Shown here piece by piece: positions 37,372-47,767 of a stretch of DNA of 64,000 bases; within the stretch, counting starts at the first letter, position 1; each line of letters begins with the position of its first letter. A model generated the notes under the pieces. That model ran no database searches, had not been told where the DNA came from, and was given only the letters and a program-made list of their open reading frames with translations. Location: contig QZKE01000033.1 of assembly GCA_003598015.1 (NCBI GenBank), positions 124,616-188,615 of the forward strand, given 5' to 3'. The position numbers and the translations under genes were made by a program. Origin of the DNA: Actinomycetota bacterium. GTDB lineage: Bacteria; Actinomycetota; Geothermincolia; Geothermincolales; RBG-13-55-18.

Positions 37372-38580
37372 ATGAACCAGCGTAGCGTATCAGCGGGAAA
37401 CACGGAAGCCGGAAAACCGGTCTATCTGGATTATAATGCAACCACGCCAACCGATCCCGATGTTGCTGAGGCGATGCGGCCTTATCTTGCGGAGTATTTC
37501 GGAAATCCGTCCAGTTCCTATTCGTATGGCATTCAAACAAAGGACGCCATTGAGAACGCGCGCGCGCAAGTCGCGGCGCTTCTAGAATGCCAACCCCATG
37601 AGGTGGTCTTCACCAGCGGGGGGACAGAATCCAATAATTTCGCGATAAAAGGAACGGCCTTCGCCAATCGCGATAGGGGCAACCATGTCGTAACAGCACA
37701 GATCGAGCACCCGGCAGTCACGCAGGTATGCGAGTACCTCGAGCGGCAGGGTTTCGATATCACTTATCTGCAGGTCGACGAATTCGGCCTCATCAGCGTT
37801 TCGGATGTCGAAAAGGCCATTAGCGGTAGAACTACGCTTATAACCATCATGCACGCCAACAACGAGGTTGGGACCATTCAACCCATCGAACAGATTTCCA
37901 GGCTGGCTTCCGAAAAGGGGGTCACCTTCCATACCGATGCTGCTCAATCCGCCGGGAAGATCCCCGTAAGCGTCGGTGATCTTGGGGTTGACCTCCTTTC
38001 CCTGGCCGGGCACAAAATATATGCTCCAAAGGGTATTGGTGCATTGTACATCCGACAAGGCCTGAGGCTCGAGAAATTCATGCACGGAGCCGGCCAGGAG
38101 CGAGGAATGAGGGCTGGAACCGAGAACATCCTGGGGATTGTAGGCCTTGGGAAAGCCTGCGAGATCGCGAAGCGGGACCTAAGCCGTAACGCGTCCCGGA
38201 TGAGAGACATGCGTGACGCATTATATAAAGGATTGTTTGAAAGCCTGGAAAACGTGCGGCTGAACGGGCACCCGGAGAGGCGTCTCCCCAATACGTTGAG
38301 CTTCAGCATTCAGGGTGTTCAGTCGGACGTTCTCCTCGGCAAGATCAAGGGACGTTTGGCTGCTTCCGCAGGTGCGGCCTGCCACTCCGGCGAAGTCGAC
38401 ATATCCCACGTCCTACGGGCGATGAAAGTGCCGGAGGATTGGGCGAGAGGGACAATCCGTTTGTCCACCGGCAAGATGACGACCGAATCCGATATCGAAA
38501 CGGCGATAAGGATTATCGCGGATGCGGTGAGCAGTCTCAGGGACACAGCGGATGGTTCTTCTATGAAGAGGAGGTTATGA
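37372..38580 (+). CDS. nifS: Cysteine desulfurase (NifS/IscS-type, class V aminotransferase)
   Basis: YLDYNATTP, GGTESNN, PLP-Lys motif SLAGHKIYAPKGIG, active-site SAGAACHSG. Confidence 0.9.
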   Translation: MNQRSVSAGNTEAGKPVYLDYNATTPTDPDVAEAMRPYLAEYFGNPSSSYSYGIQTKDAIENARAQVAALLECQPHEVVFTSGGTESNNFAIKGTAFANRDRGNHVVTAQIEHPAVTQVCEYLERQGFDITYLQVDEFGLISVSDVEKAISGRTTLITIMHANNEVGTIQPIEQISRLASEKGVTFHTDAAQSAGKIPVSVGDLGVDLLSLAGHKIYAPKGIGALYIRQGLRLEKFMHGAGQERGMRAGTENILGIVGLGKACEIAKRDLSRNASRMRDMRDALYKGLFESLENVRLNGHPERRLPNTLSFSIQGVQSDVLLGKIKGRLAASAGAACHSGEVDISHVLRAMKVPEDWARGTIRLSTGKMTTESDIETAIRIIADAVSSLRDTADGSSMKRRL

Positions 38581-38900
38581 TGAAACTCGGCATGATCATC
38601 AGCCAGACCGATGCGGAGACCGTCTTCAACGCCTTGCGCCTGGCCCTCTACAGCCTGGAACAGGGCGACGAGGTGCGCATTTTCCTTTCGGGAAGAGGCG
38701 TTGAGATAGACAGCATAGAGGATCCCAAGTTCGATGTGAAGGCCCAGGCACAGCTGGTCCTGGATGCGGGCGGACAATTCCTCGCATGTGGCGCATGCCT
38801 GAGGCTTCGCAACTCCGAGGGGTCTGAGATATGCCCCCTCTCAACTCTAATGGATCAATACGATATCGTACGCGAATCCGACAGGGTCGTGACGTTCTGA
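38580..38900 (+). CDS. DsrE/DsrF-like sulfur-relay family protein
   Basis: ATG 38580 with GAGGAGG 7 nt upstream, overlapping nifS stop; about 107 aa with conserved Cys (ACGACL). Confidence 0.6.
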   Translation: MKLGMIISQTDAETVFNALRLALYSLEQGDEVRIFLSGRGVEIDSIEDPKFDVKAQAQLVLDAGGQFLACGACLRLRNSEGSEICPLSTLMDQYDIVRESDRVVTF

Positions 38901-39003
38901 CACTTATTCAGTAGAGTGGGCGGAAACGGAGGCAGACCGTTACCCGATCGGCAAGTCATTTGGTTGACCTTGATTTGTGTAGGAATATTCTGGTAAGCGC
39001 ATC

Positions 39004-39040
39004 TGCCTCGAAAGGCGTTTCGCTTTGCCGCGGGCTTTGC
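39004..39040. repeat. Left copy of imperfect direct repeat TGCCTCGAAAGGC...GGGCTTTGC flanking the HepT/MntA + TIR-gene islet
   Basis: Matches 43592-43616 (TGCCTCGAAAGGCaccGGGCTTTGC); left copy has a 12-nt internal insertion. Confidence 0.45.
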
Positions 39041-39209
39041 GGAATCGCATCCCTCCCCTCCGTCAACATCTATCTTGAGCTGGGAATCTGCGTGAAAAAT
39101 CTAGACCGCTTGTTTATGCCATCGAATTGCGAATTCCCCGGCTGTGCCCAAAACGTGCCCGATTTACGAGGAGGCCAGAGTGCAGATATGATGGAGAAGG
39201 CAGCGCAGG

Positions 39210-39557
39210 TCATACTTCTTTCTCTATTACGTATGCGATGAGCGGCTTAAGTCTCGGGATGTCCTCCATCACGGTGTTCCATACCACCCTTGAATTCACC
39301 CCGAAATATTCATGGATCAGCTTATCACGGATTCCAGCCATCTCCTTCCAGGGGACCTCTGGATAGGAATCCCTTGTCTCTGGAGGGATTTTCTTCGAAG
39401 CCTCGCCGACGATCTCCAGGGCCCTGACCACGGCGTACGAGGTCTTCTTGTCCTTTGTGAATGCTTCGTAATCAAGGCCTTGCGTAAAATCCACGATGTC
39501 CAGGATAGCCCTTTGGATGTCTTGAAGGTAGTCCTTATGATCTCTTTCGGCAATCAT
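39210..39557 (-). CDS. hepT: HepT-like HEPN toxin (DUF86 family) of type VII TA system
   Basis: R-x4-HxY motif (RDKLIHEY); 115 aa; 4-nt overlap with upstream mntA. Confidence 0.85.
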   Translation of the reverse strand: MIAERDHKDYLQDIQRAILDIVDFTQGLDYEAFTKDKKTSYAVVRALEIVGEASKKIPPETRDSYPEVPWKEMAGIRDKLIHEYFGVNSRVVWNTVMEDIPRLKPLIAYVIEKEV

Positions 39558-39895
39558 AGCGAAACGGCTTCCTTGAGGATTCTTTCACCTATTGCCGGCT
39601 TCAATGCATCCTTCATCACCAGGTCTACCTTGATTCCCAGAAGGTCGGATAGGTGATTCTCGAGTGCGATGAAAGCAAGCAAAGAGGGGGTTTTTACAAA
39701 CTCTACTAAGAGATCAAGATCGTTTGCCGACTCTCTCCCGCCCCGCAGAAAGGACCCGAAGACCTGAATGTTGCCTACGTGGTAGTCACATTTCAATCGC
39801 GGGAGGTTCTGGCGCAAGGCAGATATTATCTCCTGGGTATCTCCAGGAAGATCCTTATAACCATGTGGGCTCTTACCCTTGGAGTCCGTAGCCAT
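39554..39895 (-). CDS. mntA: MntA-like nucleotidyltransferase antitoxin
   Basis: GSxxRG...DxD motif (FGSFLRGGRESANDLDLLV); 113 aa. Confidence 0.85.
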   Translation of the reverse strand: MATDSKGKSPHGYKDLPGDTQEIISALRQNLPRLKCDYHVGNIQVFGSFLRGGRESANDLDLLVEFVKTPSLLAFIALENHLSDLLGIKVDLVMKDALKPAIGERILKEAVSL

Positions 39896-40208
39896 ACCCT
39901 TTCCACCACCTCAAATCGGCCTGTTCTGTAAACATTCTACAATGCCAAGAAGACCTTGACACTATAAAAACATTACATGGGGCTAAACAGCACAGCCCAT
40001 GCCGGTCGTGAGGGTGCTGTCGTGATCCGTAATGTGTGGGACTACCCAGATATGATACCCCTACCCGAGGTGCTATCATGGTTGTAGTGCTGTGGTTCGG
40101 GGCCAAAGGGTTCCAACTATTTAAGGGTTACGCGCAGGGCAGTTCCCTTGCATGCGTGACCACCATCAAGAGGGCCTGCACCACTGGATCTATCCAGGTG
40201 AGGTGCAC

Positions 40209-43200
40209 ATGGGAAATATCTTCATCAGCCACGTCATTGCGGACGAGCTCCTCATGCGCGAAATAGCGCAGGGGCTCGAGGAGGCGGGCTATGCCGCCTG
40301 GTTCTTCGAGAGGGGCGTCCTCCCCGGAACCTCCTATCTCATCCAGATCACCCGGGCGATAGAGGCCTGCGACGCCCTGGTACTGCTGGTCACCCCCGCA
40401 GCCCTCGAATCCGACCAGGTGACCAAGGGGGTGGTGGGGGCCTTCGAGCGCAGGATACCTTTCATACCGGTACTGGTGGGTGTGATCCCTGACGAGCTCA
40501 AGGAATGCCAGCCGGAGTGGCGGCACGCCCTGGGGGGAACGGCCATGCTCTGCTGCGGGGAGGGGGGCCTCTCACCCACCATACCGCGCATCATAGATGG
40601 AATCCGGGCGCTGGGCATAGAACCCAAGGAAAGGGAGTTCTCTACAACTACCCCTGCTTCCTCCGCACCAGCAGATGTCTCCGAGCACATTCTCTCCTAC
40701 CGCTCATCCCTGGAGGGGGAGCGCAAGCAGGTGACGGTGCTCTGCGCCGGCGCATCCCTTCCTCCCGCCCTCTCCGAGAAGCTCGACCCCGAGGAGGTAC
40801 ACGACCTCCTGAGGCCGGCTATAGACATCATGGCTGAGGAGGTCCACAGATACGAGGGCACCGTGGCCCAGCTCGCAGGCGACGGCCTCACCGCCGTCTT
40901 CGGAGCCCCCCTGGCTCACGAGGACGACCACCAGCGGGCCCTGTACGCGGCACTGGCCATCAGGAAGCGCCTGGGCGGATACGAGGAGAGACTCAAAGCC
41001 AAGGGGATGGAACTTGCCCTGCGCGCGGGGGCCAACACCGGCCTCATCAAGGTGGAGGCCGTAGGGGAGGACCTCTCCATGTCCTATACCCCCCTGGGCA
41101 TGGGCAAGTCCCGCCTGCTGCTCGAGTTCAGGAAAACCCTCCCCGAGGACGAATACACCTACCTGGAGGGGGGGTGAATCCACTACGGGGAGGCCATCGC
41201 CTACCTCCCCATCCTGGACATCCTGCGGGACTACTTCGATATCGCTGAGGGAGAGGATGAGAAGAGCAGCAGACGCAAAGTGGAGGAAAGGCTGGCTCCC
41301 CTGGACGGCCAGCTCTCCCATATCCTCCCGCCCCTCGAGGAGCTGCTCTCCCTTCCCATGGACGACGAGTCCTATCTCTCCCTGGAGCCCGCGCAGAGGA
41401 GGAAGAGAACCTTCGAGGCCATCCGCTGTCTGCTCATAGCCGAATCCCACAAGAGGCCTCTGGTGGTCTCGGTGGAGGACCTGCACTGGATGGACAGGAC
41501 GAGCGAGGACTTTATCTCCTATTTCGTGGAGAGCATGCCCGCTGCCTCCATCCTCCTGCTCCTGCTCTACCACCCGGAATACAGCCCTGCCTGGGCAAGC
41601 AAGACCTATTACCGGCAGATCCTCGTGGATCACCTGCAGGAGAGGCCGAGCATGGAACTGGTGCAGGCCATCCTCTCTGATGGTGAGGTCTCCCCCGAGC
41701 TCTCCGCTTTTATCACCGAAAGAGCCGCTGGGAACCCACTCCTTATCGAGGAGCTCACCCGCTCCCTGCTGGAGTCGGGCTCCATCACGGCAGAGGACGG
41801 GCGCTACACCCTCGCGGCCGAGCCCTCTGAGATCAAGGTGCCGGATAGCATGCAGGGCATCGTCGCCTCCCGCCTGGACCATCTGCCTGAGGAGGAGAAG
41901 GAGGTTCTGCAGCTCGCCTCGGTCATCGGGAGGGAGTTCTCACTGCGCCTGCTGGAGGAGGTCACCGGCCTGGGTAAGGTGCTCAAGTCCACACTCCACG
42001 CCCTGCAGTCCCTGGAGCTCATCTACGAGAAGGGCCTCTTCCCTGAGCCGGAGTACATCTTCAAGCATGCCCTCACCCAGGAGGTGGCCTACGAGAGTAT
42101 CCCCTCAAGAGAAGGAAGAGACTGCACGAGAAGATCGGCCAGGCAATTGAGCGGCTCTACCCGGAACGCCTGGAGGAATTCTACGAGACCCTGGCCCACC
42201 ACTACTCCAGGAGCGAGAACGCGGAAAAAGCCGTGCACTACCTCCGGCTCTCCGGAGACAGAGCGACACGCGACTACGCCAACTGGGAGGCCATACGCTT
42301 CTACCAGGAGGCTATACATATACTCGATTCCCAACCGCAGAGCGAGGAGACAAAACGGGCCAAGTTGGATATCTTCATCTCCATCCTGGACCCCGCCTTC
42401 TTCCTGGGCTTTCCCGAGGGCAGCAGCGAGTTCCTGGCAGAAGCGGAGAGGCTCGCCTGGGAACTTGGTGACGATGGCAGCCTTGTCGCCGTTTACAGCA
42501 GGTTCTCCCTCTACCACACCATGAGGGGAGACATATCCCTGGGTGTGGAATACTCCTGGAAATGCTTCGACGCAGCGGAGAAGGCCGGGGACGTTAGATC
42601 TATGTCCCTAGCCGCTTTCGACATCTGCAGCTCCCTGTTCTTCTCGGGAGATTTTTTAGAAGTCGTCATGATTGGCCGCAAGGTCATCGAGGCCCTGGAG
42701 GAGAAGCACCTGGAAAAAGAGCTCAAAGTAGGGCCGTGGACCGTATACAGCGATCAGTGCGCGTGGTGCGGAGAAGCCCTGGGGATGATGGGGGAATTCG
42801 AGGAGGCAAAGACGGTGCTGAAGAAGGGGATCGAGCATGCCCTGGGGATCGGTGAAGTCTTCGGGATCGGATATATCGGCCAAGCTCACTGCGTCGTTTC
42901 GTTCCCGGAAGGGGACGCGGATGGCCTTGCCTATCACGCGAGCAGGTCCATCGAGCGCTTCGAGGAGACGGGGGTAAAGTTCCTCCTGGGAATTTCGATG
43001 GCTTGGTCGGGGCTGGGCTATTTGCTCCTCGGCGATTATGAAACTGCAAGGGAGGATATCGAGAAGGGCAGCGAGAGCAATAGAGAGTTTGGCTTACCAA
43101 TCATGCTGTCGTTTTTTTCATGGGCGCTGTCCCTGGTTGATCTCGGAGCAGGGGCACCCGGCAAAGCAAAAGCGCATGCGGAGGAGGCCTTGAGGCTGGC

Positions 43201-43519
43201 GCGTGTGCACGGGGCGGTGTTATATGAGGCATTGGCCCTAGTGGCCCTGGGAAGGGCGGAGGGAGAAGAGTCCCCCTCTCGTTTGCGGGAAGCATCAGAG
43301 CATATCCGTTGCGGTATTTCCATGGCCGAGGAGATGTTGTCGAAGCCAATCTCACAGCTGGGCTATATTTTTCTTGGCGAGGTCTTCGAGCTAGCCGGCC
43401 GAAGGGAAGAAGCTGTGGAGGAACTTCGTAAGGCAGAGGCGATGATGGAGGAGCTGCGGGTGATTCCCGACTCCTACTGGCTCACCCGCACCCGGGAAGC
43501 TCTGGCGCGTCTCGGTTAG
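40209..43519 (+). pseudogene. Disrupted TIR domain - class III adenylate/guanylate cyclase (partial) - AAA_16/STAND ATPase - TPR protein (in-frame TGA at 41175-41177; -1 frameshift in C4 run 42101-42104)
   Basis: TIR: MGNIFISH...DALVLLV...PVLV. Cyclase N-half: ERKQVTVLCAGA...GDGLTAVFGAP..HEDD. Walker A: GMGKSRL. The same frame continues after TGA (...LEGG*IHYGEAIAYLPILDIL...). The downstream frame resumes ...PLKRRKRLHEKIGQAIERLYPERLEEFYETLAHHY then TPR repeats to 43519. Confidence 0.6.
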
Positions 43520-43591
43520 GAATAGATCTACTTCGCGATTCCATAACATGATGTGCGATTACACCGAAACCGCCCATTTGAAAATCTCACA

Positions 43592-43616
43592 TGCCTCGAA
43601 AGGCACCGGGCTTTGC
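43592..43616. repeat. Right copy of direct repeat TGCCTCGAAAGGC-N3-GGGCTTTGC
   Basis: See 39004-39040. Confidence 0.45.
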
Positions 43617-43672
43617 TGCTGGTCGCGCGAGTCCGCAACCAACCCTATCCGCTGGCATTAGAGCGATCTTGT

Positions 43673-44209
43673 TCAGGCCATCTTCTTGCGTAGTTTCGCC
43701 AGCTTGGGAGAGATGACCGCCCGGCAGTAGGGCTGGCTCGGGTTCCTCTCGTAGTACCTGTGGTGGTATTCCTCGGCCGGATAGAACCTGTCCAGCTCCT
43801 TAAACTCGGTGACGATGGGCCTGCCGTAGCTGCCGGTGATGCTCGCGATATATTTCTCCACGCGCTCTTTCTGCTCCGGCGATTTGTAGAGGATAATGGA
43901 CCTGTACTGCGTGCCGACGTCGGCGCCCTGGCGGTTCAGCGACGTTGGGTCGTGCGTCGCGAAGAACACCTCCAGCAAGTCCTCCAGGGAGATGACCTCA
44001 GGGTCGTACTCTACCTCGACAACCTCGGCATGGCCCGTGTTTCCATAGCAGACCTGGCGGTAGGTGGGTTCCTCAGTCACGCCTCCCGCATAACCCGGGG
44101 TAGCCCTGAGCACTCCAACAATGGTGTTCAGCAGTGCTTCCATGCACCAGAAGCACCCTCCACCCAGGACGATGGTCTCGTGGCTATTCTGCATTATCAT
44201 CGGGTACAA
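43673..44209 (-). CDS. msrA: Peptide-methionine (S)-S-oxide reductase MsrA
   Basis: GGGCFWC active-site motif; 172-178 aa. Confidence 0.9.
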   Translation of the reverse strand: MYPMIMQNSHETIVLGGGCFWCMEALLNTIVGVLRATPGYAGGVTEEPTYRQVCYGNTGHAEVVEVEYDPEVISLEDLLEVFFATHDPTSLNRQGADVGTQYRSIILYKSPEQKERVEKYIASITGSYGRPIVTEFKELDRFYPAEEYHHRYYERNPSQPYCRAVISPKLAKLRKKMA

Positions 44210-44555
44210 ACCTCATGGAAATGGAATTTACGCAATGGCGCGTGTCCTTGGGGGTGAACCTCTCACCCTCGAAGACGTGGCCGAGATGGCCCCCGCACTT
44301 CGCGCACATGATCTCCGTCCTCCTGCCGTCTGCGTCGGTTTGCCTCTTCACCGCCCCCGCGATCTCGTCGTCAAAGCTGGGCCAGCCGCAGCCCGAATGG
44401 AACTTGTCCTGCGAGCGGTAAAGGGGAGTACCGCACCTCCGGCATACGTAGGTGCCTGGCTGTAAGAGGTCCGTATACTCTCCCGTAAAGGGTCTTTCCG
44501 TTCCCTTGTGAACGATAATCCTCTCTTCCTCGGCCGTAAGCTTTCTCTCTTCCAT
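44184..44555 (-). CDS. msrB: Peptide-methionine (R)-S-oxide reductase MsrB
   Basis: Zn-binding CxxC pairs ([20 protein letters not shown]), catalytic RHC(V)NS; overlaps msrA by 26 nt. Confidence 0.9.
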   Translation of the reverse strand: MEERKLTAEEERIIVHKGTERPFTGEYTDLLQPGTYVCRRCGTPLYRSQDKFHSGCGWPSFDDEIAGAVKRQTDADGRRTEIMCAKCGGHLGHVFEGERFTPKDTRHCVNSISMRFVPDDNAE

Positions 44556-44578
44556 GTTTGTCCCAATCCTCTTCTCAT

Positions 44579-44613
44579 TCAGGCATAGGGGTCGGCCCTG
44601 GACTCATGCCTGA
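44579..44613 (+). repeat. Third copy of dispersed palindromic repeat (TCAGGCATAGGGGTCGGCCCTGGACTCATGCCTGA) with terminal inverted ends TCAGGCAT/ATGCCTGA
   Basis: 32/32 identity to 19575-19606; intergenic between msrB and the repeat-domain gene. Confidence 0.6.
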
Positions 44614-44695
44614 GACCTTTCTTGCGATCTTGGTTCTCCAGTCTATATAAAATCTATTCCCATTCGGGCCACGCCTGTATGTTCCATGTCAACCT

Positions 44696-45837
44696 TCATG
44701 GCTGGAAACCCACAACGTCGTGGCCTCCGCTCCATGACCCGTCGTAGTCGAAGTACATGGGGCGCTCGGCGATTACAGGCGGGCCGCTGGTCACCAGGAC
44801 CCGGCAGGACAATTGCAGGCCGATGCCGGCGTCCAGGTTGACGGGGATGGTGTAACGGCTCCCGGCCGGCAGGCTGTGCTCACGGGTGAAGGCGTCCCCA
44901 CCCTGGGGCATGTAGGTCACCAGGACAGTGGATGGAGAATCGGCGGGGTTGTACAGGCACAGCCACTCCTCGAAATCGCTGTCCGCGTATCCCTCGGCGA
45001 AAAACCATTCACGCCCCGGCGCGCCTGCGCCGATGACGCAATGACCTCCCGTCCATGCCCCATGATAATTGAAGTACATGGGTCGTTCGGCTACGATGGG
45101 CGCATCCGCTGCGACCTTGACGGAAACCTCGCGGTTTGGCCCCACGACGTCGTTAACACATACCGTAGTGCGGGAGACGGGACCGACGATGACATCCTGA
45201 TCCTGCCTGGTGCCGTCGGCGAACATGTAGGATATGGAGACGCCGGCCGGCTGCAGGCCGGGGTTCGCGAGGCAGAGATACTCGTCGAACTCGCCCTGTC
45301 CCGTGTATCCCTCTGCGAAATAGAAGATCGTCCCGGGGCGGGGGTACCGATGACATCATGCCCGCCCGTCCACACCCCGTTGTAATTGAAATACATGGGG
45401 CGCTCCACTACGATAGGCTGCCCCCCGGCGCTTTCAACTTTCACGGAGAAGTCGTGTGCTACGTCGTCGGCGACGCCCAGCTCGTCCCGGGGATCGACGG
45501 TAAGGCGGGAATGTGCGGCTACGGCCACTTCCTGGCTGTCCATCGTGCCGTCTCCCAGCATGTAGGTTATTTTCGCCGTCGCTTGTTCGTCCCCGGGATT
45601 CTGGATGCACAGGTAAGGCACGAAGCCGGGTCGGCAGGTCCCCTCCGCGAAATAGAAACAAGTCTGCGGCGCGGGGATACCCACTACGTCATGGCCACCC
45701 GTCCACACCCCGTTGTAGTTGAAGTACATGGGGCGCTCGGCCACGATACGCTGTCCGTTCACGCATTCGACTTTGATGGAAAAGTCGTATGAGGTGTCGT
45801 CACCGGTCCCCAACTCGCTGCGGGGCAGCACGGTCAT
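44696..45837 (-). pseudogene. Tandem-repeat protein (at least 3 copies of an about 120-aa domain with W.FAEG and ERPMYFNY..W.GGHDV motifs) split into two frames by a 1-nt indel near 45335-45350; N-terminus starts mid-repeat
   Basis: Track ORFs 45091..45837 and 44696..45226 overlap in different frames. DNA at 45315-45378 is 1 nt shorter than the paralogous segment at 45655-45719. Confidence 0.45.
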
Positions 45838-46039
45838 GCGTGGTCCTCATCTATAACACTGCACAGGTCAGAGCTTCATCTCTCCGAACTGCTTTCTTAC
45901 CTCAGTGGAGGGCGGAGGATCAAAGCCCCCATAGGCTGCGCCAACGGATTTACAGTCCGGAGATGCCCCTAGTACACCTCAGATAATCTTGTCAAGATCT
46001 CAATCCCCGCTCCCCCACCGATCCTCTATATATAGTGGC

Positions 46040-46171
46040 ATGAAATCTGTGCCCCTCCATGACGGAGACGAGTGCCTGGGATCCGTCCTCCTCACCACCG
46101 ACCTCGATTTTTATGACGGCATGAGGTCAAGGCACGGAAGTGGAGGTGATTGTCGCCAAGTAAGGGTATAA
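46040..46171 (+). CDS. Small hypothetical protein (about 43 aa), paralog of 47335..47523
   Basis: MKSVPLHDGDECLGSVLLTTDLDFYDGMRSR vs MKNVPLYDCDQNIGSVPLTTNLDTWDGMRWR; ends 55 nt upstream of Fic. Confidence 0.35.
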   Translation: MKSVPLHDGDECLGSVLLTTDLDFYDGMRSRHGSGGDCRQVRV

Positions 46172-46226
46172 TAATCATTGTATTACCCTTACTTATGGGT
46201 TATTACCCCGACTGTCAGGAGGGCAG

Positions 46227-47273
46227 ATGAACACGCTGTCGCTGGAATACATAGGGGGGAAGCTCCTGCCTCAGCAGTTGTTGAAGACCATCAGATTGAT
46301 CGGGGAATACAAAGGGAGGCAAGACCTGTTCAAGGCGCAGGCGCCACAGATGCTGGAGAGCTTGAGGCAGGTGGCCATGGTGCAGAGCGTGGAGTCTTCC
46401 AACCGCATCGAGGGCATCACCGCACCCCATGAGAGAATCCTGGCCTTGGTGGGCGAAAAAACCTCGCCCAAGGACAGGTCCGAGCAGGAGATCGCCGGAT
46501 ACCGGGACGTGCTCAACAGCATCCACGCCAATTATAAGAACATGGAGCTCTCTGAGGAGCTTATCTTGGGGATGCACAAAGACCTATACGGATACCTTCC
46601 CGATGAAGGAGGCTTTTGGAAGAGGAGAGACAATCGGATCGTTCAGATAATGGCCGGCGGGAGCGTGGTAGTGAGGTTCGACCCCGTGGCGGCGTCTGAG
46701 ACCAAGAAGGCCATGGCAGACCTGCAAAAACGCTTCGAGGTGTTGTGGCGCTCGGGTGAAGTGGAGCCGCTCCTTTTAATCGCAAGCTATGTATTCGATT
46801 TTTCGTGCATCCATCCCTTCCAGGATGGGAACGGCAGGATGGCGCGCCTGCTCACCCTCCTGCTCCTCTACAAGCAGGACTATGAGGTAGGCCGCTACAT
46901 CAGCCTGGAGAAGGTGGTGGAGCAAACCAAGGATAGCTATTACCGCGTGCTCTATACATCCTCCCAGGGATGGCATGAAAAGGAGCACGACATCCTGCCA
47001 TGGTGGGAATACTTCATCGGGGTTATGTTGCTCTCTTCCTATAGGGAATTTGAAGAGAGGGTGGGGGTGGTGTCCTCATCGAGGGGGACCAAGACCGCCA
47101 TGGTCTTGGACGTTATCAACGGCTTTGCAGGAGAGTTCACCTTTGCGGACTTAAAGGAAAGGTGCCCCACCGTCAGCGTGGATATGATCAGAAAGGTCTT
47201 GAAAGATGAGCGCGGGGCCGGAAACCTGGAATGCAGGGGCAAAGGCCCGGGGGCGAGGTGGAGGAATACATGA
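46227..47273 (+). CDS. Fic family protein (class II, N-terminal inhibitory SxxxEG motif) with C-terminal wHTH-like domain
   Basis: HPFQDGNGRMARLL Fic motif; SNRIEG inhibitory motif about 130 aa upstream; lower-GC region. Confidence 0.85.
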   Translation: MNTLSLEYIGGKLLPQQLLKTIRLIGEYKGRQDLFKAQAPQMLESLRQVAMVQSVESSNRIEGITAPHERILALVGEKTSPKDRSEQEIAGYRDVLNSIHANYKNMELSEELILGMHKDLYGYLPDEGGFWKRRDNRIVQIMAGGSVVVRFDPVAASETKKAMADLQKRFEVLWRSGEVEPLLLIASYVFDFSCIHPFQDGNGRMARLLTLLLLYKQDYEVGRYISLEKVVEQTKDSYYRVLYTSSQGWHEKEHDILPWWEYFIGVMLLSSYREFEERVGVVSSSRGTKTAMVLDVINGFAGEFTFADLKERCPTVSVDMIRKVLKDERGAGNLECRGKGPGARWRNT

Positions 47274-47334
47274 TATGCAACCAATGCGCTGAAAGTGCAC
47301 CTGCACTCTCAGGTAGGCATCGTCGGGCAGCAAC

Positions 47335-47523
47335 ATGTCCTTTGGTGAGGCAATGAAGAACGTGCCCCTCTACGACTGTGACCAAAACATAGGCTCCGTC
47401 CCGCTCACAACCAACCTTGACACCTGGGACGGCATGAGGTGGCGCTTTCAGCAGACCGGCTGCCATCTGGGTATAGGGAAGCTCGAGGATGGCCGCTTCT
47501 ACGCCTGCTACTCCAGCGACTAG
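47335..47523 (+). CDS. Small hypothetical protein (paralog of 46040..46171); in-frame TAG at 47521 followed by 52 more coding-like codons to TAA 47689-47691
   Basis: Paralogy as above; GC3-rich codons continue in the same frame after TAG (PEGIVRRKQDDGIWEVLFRCTGDFGPPALAVVISEEEAKELVRECKEDMYEEMFG). Confidence 0.4.
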   Translation: MSFGEAMKNVPLYDCDQNIGSVPLTTNLDTWDGMRWRFQQTGCHLGIGKLEDGRFYACYSSD

Positions 47524-47767
47524 CCCGAAGGCATCGTCCGGCGCAAGCAAGACGATGGCATCTGGGAGGTCCTCTTCAGGTGTACCGGCGACTTCGGACC
47601 CCCGGCCCTGGCGGTGGTGATCAGCGAGGAAGAGGCCAAGGAGCTGGTACGAGAGTGTAAAGAAGATATGTATGAGGAGATGTTCGGGTAAGGGCTAAAA
47701 TGGAGCATCTACACAATCATATCGTAGCCATTATTTTGGATTGATATAGCGGTACGTCTCATGTATA

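Noticed and set aside
41175-41177. TGA as selenocysteine codon (it replaces a Cys of the conserved AAA_16 motif)
   Set aside because: The position is not a redox-active Cys in this protein family and no SECIS-like hairpin is obvious directly downstream. The same gene carries a frameshift and a probable deletion, so a nonsense lesion is more parsimonious.
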